DNA of 60,216 nucleotides, filler included. It is 8 parts of 8 records of this genome, joined end to end, with 100 filler letters (N's around TTAATTAATTAA, not from the genome) between each part and the next. Parts side by side here need not be neighbours in the genome. Positions count along the whole stretch, not along the records: positions 54,524 to 60,216 come from SRR31147125_17939; 7 more parts are not named here. The stretch is one strand, 5' to 3'. Both the position numbers and the translations under genes were made by a program. Positions 56,573 through 60,216 of this stretch are shown piece after piece (the stretch's first letter is position 1; each line of letters begins with the position of its first letter). The notes under the pieces were generated by a model, which was given only the letters and a program-made list of their open reading frames with translations, did not search any database and was not told the origin of the DNA.

Positions 56573-57849
56573 ATGCATTGTTTTCTGTTCGGTGCCTGCA
56601 GTATGTGGCCGGCGCGTAAAAAGGTGAAAGATCAAGTTAAATTAGTGAAATCCAAAACGCCAACAATAGATCGAGTACGATACGAATCCTTTGGTGGAAT
56701 TGTGTCCTGTCTGGATCCACCTTTCCTTGCCTGGGTGGATCGATCGTTTATGAAAAATATCGGGTACAATCATTCATCCATATGGGATAACGATGATAAT
56801 GGTTATCTTTCCGCCCCAACAGAAGTCCATTTTGCCGTAACAAACACGTGTTCTCAGGGCTGCCAGGGCTGTTATATGTCGTCCCGGTCAAATAATGAAA
56901 ATGAGCTGTCACTCGAACAGATCAAAAATATTTTATTAAAATTTCGGGAAATGGGTGTTTTTCATGTTGCGCTCGGTGGGGGGGAGGCATTTGAAAGAAC
57001 CGATTTTGGTGAGATTGTTGCCTATTGCCGTCACATCGGATTAGTACCGAATTTGACAACGAACGGCCAGAATATTGGAGAGAAAGAACTCAATATCTGC
57101 AAACAGTTGGGCCAGGTGAATATATCCATGGATGGTCTGGATGAAATGTATTCTGTAAATGGACGGCAAGGTGGTTTTGAAATAGCCGATAGCGCCATTC
57201 AAATGCTCAGATTATCAGATATCCCGGTTGGAATAAATTGTACTGTCTCGAAAAAGAATTTTAATCACCTGAAAGAGATTATCGCGTATGCTGCAAAACG
57301 CGGTTTAAACGAAATTGAGTTTCTAAAATACAAACCATCGGGCAGGGGAAAGAGTAATTATAACGAATTCGCACTTTCGCAGGAAATGATTCGGAGTTTA
57401 TATCCTTTACTTATGCAGTTTGGCGATTTATACTCTGTTGAAGTAAAAATTGATTGTTCCTTTATACCTGCACTGGTTTTTCATCATCCTCCAAAAGATG
57501 AGCTGGAAAAACTGGCTGTGACCGGATGCGATGGTGGAAATTTGTTGCTTGGCGTAAAAAGTAATGGCATGTTCTCAGCCTGCTCTTTTGTCGAGAATAA
57601 CGAGGACGTAAATAATATTAATTATTTCTGGCATTCGTCACCACATTTAAGATTTTTTCGAAACTGGACGTCGACAGCACCAGAACCATGCAGATCCTGT
57701 GACTATCTCATGATCTGTCGGGGAGGCTGTCGTGCCGTGGCCCTGCATCTCACAGGCAGTTTTGAAAACCAGACCCGGAATGCCCTTTTGTTTATGATTA
57801 TTTATTAGAAAAGAAAAGCAATGAAAGACACAAAACTGGAACTCCCTGA
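56573..57849 (+). CDS. Radical SAM/SPASM enzyme; 1-nt indel at ~57765-57770 (start may be a GTG at 56624 or 56645)
   Basis: CSQGCQGC, GGGEA, TTNG, ISMDG; SPASM GCDGG...ACSF...CRSCDYLMICRGGCRA; restoring one base gives PDPECP and a stop at 57849 (track ORF ends 57808). Confidence 0.92.
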
Positions 57850-58009
57850 GGGCGTTTTAAAAATTAAAAAAGGGTATAATCCAAATTCCAGCAGTATCGG
57901 TACGATATTGTATTCATTTCCTTTGGTATTATCCGCTCTTGGCGCAATTTTATCCGCAATTGTCGTTTTCCTTAAAAAAGACAAAAAGAAACAACATGAT
58001 AAAAATTAG
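57821..58009 (+). CDS. 62-aa peptide: GYNPNSSS motif + TM helix + basic tail; candidate radical SAM substrate
   Basis: MKDTKLELPEGVLKIKKGYNPNSSSIGTILYSFPLVLSALGAILSAIVVFLKKDKKKQHDKN; overlaps both neighbours. Confidence 0.72.
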   Translation: MKDTKLELPEGVLKIKKGYNPNSSSIGTILYSFPLVLSALGAILSAIVVFLKKDKKKQHDKN

Positions 58010-59396
58010 ATTTTTGATTTTCCTGAGCTTTTTAACAGGATTTATTTTTACTTACAAATCAGATTGTATGGCACATGCACCGATAGAAACTGATGTGGTC
58101 AAAGATTCTTTATCCAAAAATATCGATGCAGAAATTATAAAAGCTTTTAAAAAGCCTTTCCCATATTGCCGGGCAAAGCAACATCTCACACTTTTACATC
58201 TACTTGAAAGGGGAAATGTTCCTTCCAAATTTATTATTTCTGCTGATTCTCTGGAAAACCTCATTGAACCTGTTGTAGCAAATAAAAATATCCAAAAGAA
58301 TTTTATTAATAATATTTTATTGTTTTCTCTGACGCAAGATGAATCCAGTGACAGGTCCTGTAATGCCCTTATAACAGCTGCTGGTATCGCGCAACATAAT
58401 ATGTACGATCCTGAATTGGCGTTAAAAATTTACGAGCTGGCTGATAAAAATGGATGCGATGCAGCACAAGATTCCATCGTGGTTGTCAAAAAGTATATGC
58501 ATGATAATAGTCACATAATCAATATTCTAAACGTCAATTATGTGCAAAACAATACAGCAGAATTGCAGGATTATTTTAAAGCATTGGAAAAATCCTTATC
58601 TGATTATTCCAATAGCGATCTTTTGGATGAAGTTAGACTACGACTGGGCGATATTGCCTATATACTAAATGACCATAAAGGAATTGTTAAATATTATCGC
58701 CAGGTCATGAGCAGCAATCTCGAGTCTGAAAGAGCAAAAGAAATATCATCAAGATGTGAGTTAGCCATAGGAAAGATTCGCCACCAGCGGCTTTCATTCT
58801 TGTTTATTGTCGGATATATTTTATCTTTTTTTATTATGCTACTCCGTTTTAGAAATGGACAAGGATTTGATACAGCATATTTTATTAAAAATACAGTGAT
58901 TTTATTATTTATCTATATTTTATTAAGCATCCTTGTTCTGGTATTAGATCAAAAGTTGTCTGCAGGTTTTTTGTCAGGTTGGCTGCAATCGGAGAAGGTG
59001 GTTTTAAAAGAACCGATCATTTTATTGAATTTTTATGAAATCCTTCCGCAAAAGATTTTGATAAACATGCTATTATTAGGATTTATACCGGTTCTATATG
59101 CCCTTTTTTATATTTCTTTTAAAAAATCACATTCAAAAATATTATTGTTATCAAGCCTTATAATTCTTGTTTCATCCATCTGGCTTCATTTTTCTCTAAA
59201 TTATATTTTTGATGACAAAATGAATCCCAAAGGTATTATGACAACGTCACGATTTTATTTCAATGGGAACATTGATCTCATTATCGACAAAGATCCCGGC
59301 ATCCTGATAAACGCTGTAAAAAATGAGCCAGATGAAGTAAAGATGAAAGTGAAAAGAATGATCGAAAAACACTTGGCGAAAAAGAAAGAGGAATAA
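57996..59396 (+). CDS. Hypothetical exported helical/TPR-like protein with ~4 C-terminal TM helices
   Basis: Signal-like MIKIRFLIFLSFLTGF; DYSNSDLLDEVRLRLGDIAY...YY TPR-like segment; four hydrophobic segments. Confidence 0.7.
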   Translation: MIKIRFLIFLSFLTGFIFTYKSDCMAHAPIETDVVKDSLSKNIDAEIIKAFKKPFPYCRAKQHLTLLHLLERGNVPSKFIISADSLENLIEPVVANKNIQKNFINNILLFSLTQDESSDRSCNALITAAGIAQHNMYDPELALKIYELADKNGCDAAQDSIVVVKKYMHDNSHIINILNVNYVQNNTAELQDYFKALEKSLSDYSNSDLLDEVRLRLGDIAYILNDHKGIVKYYRQVMSSNLESERAKEISSRCELAIGKIRHQRLSFLFIVGYILSFFIMLLRFRNGQGFDTAYFIKNTVILLFIYILLSILVLVLDQKLSAGFLSGWLQSEKVVLKEPIILLNFYEILPQKILINMLLLGFIPVLYALFYISFKKSHSKILLLSSLIILVSSIWLHFSLNYIFDDKMNPKGIMTTSRFYFNGNIDLIIDKDPGILINAVKNEPDEVKMKVKRMIEKHLAKKKEE

Positions 59397-59573
59397 AAAA
59401 AGGAAAATCAGATAAAAGGTCCTGTTTCTCTTGAGTAATTGACAAGTTGGTTTAAAACTCGACGCTATTATCACTGAACACCGATTTTTCTTTATTATAA
59501 ATTGGTAAACCTTCCTGGTTTAAGAGTCTTTCACTTTTTTATCAAACAAATCCCTATTAGAGGCTTCCTATCG

Positions 59574-60216
59574 ATGAAATTCGTTCTTTCAATTGATCAG
59601 GGAACAACAGGTACAAGAGCTCTTTTGGTTAGTGAAAAATGTGAAATTCTTTGCAGTAGCTACAAAGAGCACAGACAAATTTATCCACAACCGGGTTGGG
59701 TTGAACATGATCCAATGGAAATTTGGGAAAATACAAAACAGGTTGTGGAAGACGTTCTGAAAGAGGCAAATTCTTTTGGTATAATTATGGGAGATATCAA
59801 AGGTATTGGTATTGCCAATCAGGGCGAAACCGTCATGGTATGGAATAAAAGGACCGGGCTGCCGTTGTATAATGCCATTGTATGGCAATGTCGGAGAACA
59901 TCCACTTATGTAGATCTGCTTAAGCAGTGCCCTGGTTTTGAAAAATTGGTTAGAGAAAAATCCGGACTTGTTCTTGATTCTTATTTTTCGGCCTCAAAAA
60001 TAAAATGGATCATTGAGAACGTCCCTGGAGTTGCAAAAGGTATAGATGAAAACAGGGTTCTTGCTGGAACGCTGGATTCATGGCTTATTTGGAAAATGAC
60101 CGGGGGAATATCATTTTTAACAGATCCTTCCACAGCATCGCGAACAATGCTATTTAATATCAATTCGCTAAAATGGGACGAAACGCTTCTAGTGTCATGT
60201 CAAGTTAAATATGTTG
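59574..60216 (+). CDS. glpK: Glycerol kinase (3'-truncated; not in ORF track)
   Basis: MKFVLSIDQGTTGTRA, QIYPQPGWVEHDP, NQGET, NAIVWQCRRT, YFSASKIKW, GTLDSWL, TDPSTASRTMLFN. Confidence 0.92.
   Translation, partial: MKFVLSIDQGTTGTRALLVSEKCEILCSSYKEHRQIYPQPGWVEHDPMEIWENTKQVVEDVLKEANSFGIIMGDIKGIGIANQGETVMVWNKRTGLPLYNAIVWQCRRTSTYVDLLKQCPGFEKLVREKSGLVLDSYFSASKIKWIIENVPGVAKGIDENRVLAGTLDSWLIWKMTGGISFLTDPSTASRTMLFNINSLKWDETLLVSCQVKYV

Noticed and set aside
56573-58009. Mycofactocin, PQQ or SCIFF/ranthipeptide locus
   Set aside because: Peptide has no Cys, no IDGMCGVY and no ExxxY core, and the accessory genes are absent

Overview
This window is not one locus. It is eight unrelated contigs joined by seven artificial 100-bp spacers (N-run + TTAATTAATTAA + N-run), so gene neighbourhood is only meaningful inside a contig. 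Contig 1 (1-5069, spirochaete-like): parE-parC-rluA, an OsmC-family gene and the trpA 3' end. Contigs 2, 3 and 6 (Bacteroidota-like): polysaccharide-utilisation genes (heparinase II/III-like lyase, GH3, GH88, FAD oxidoreductase, GH105, GH2, BNR/VPS10 propeller, GH16, beta-helix), REP-like palindromes, and two tandem AAA ATPase-nuclease genes each preceded by its own repeat/operator element. Contig 4 (low-GC Firmicutes): gyrB/remB/recF, two VanW proteins, a PLP aminotransferase, the NifU-like + GGGtGRT pair and small regulators. Contigs 5, 7 and 8 (probably KSB1/Calditrichota-like FCB bacteria; 5 and 8 carry QNYPNPFN tails): a Na+/solute symporter, tandem SGNH-TPR proteins, glycoside hydrolases with a URO-D-like gene, and a radical SAM/SPASM enzyme overlapping a 62-aa 'GYNPNSSS' membrane-anchored peptide and a TPR/membrane protein. 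That three-gene unit is the best candidate for an undescribed peptide/protein-modification system; the 33-bp-period array before the AAA/DUF4143 gene is second. Many genes carry single-base indels, nearly all at homopolymers, which look like sequencing error; coordinates below are for the repaired genes. Taxonomy and family names come from motif recognition only; no searches were run.
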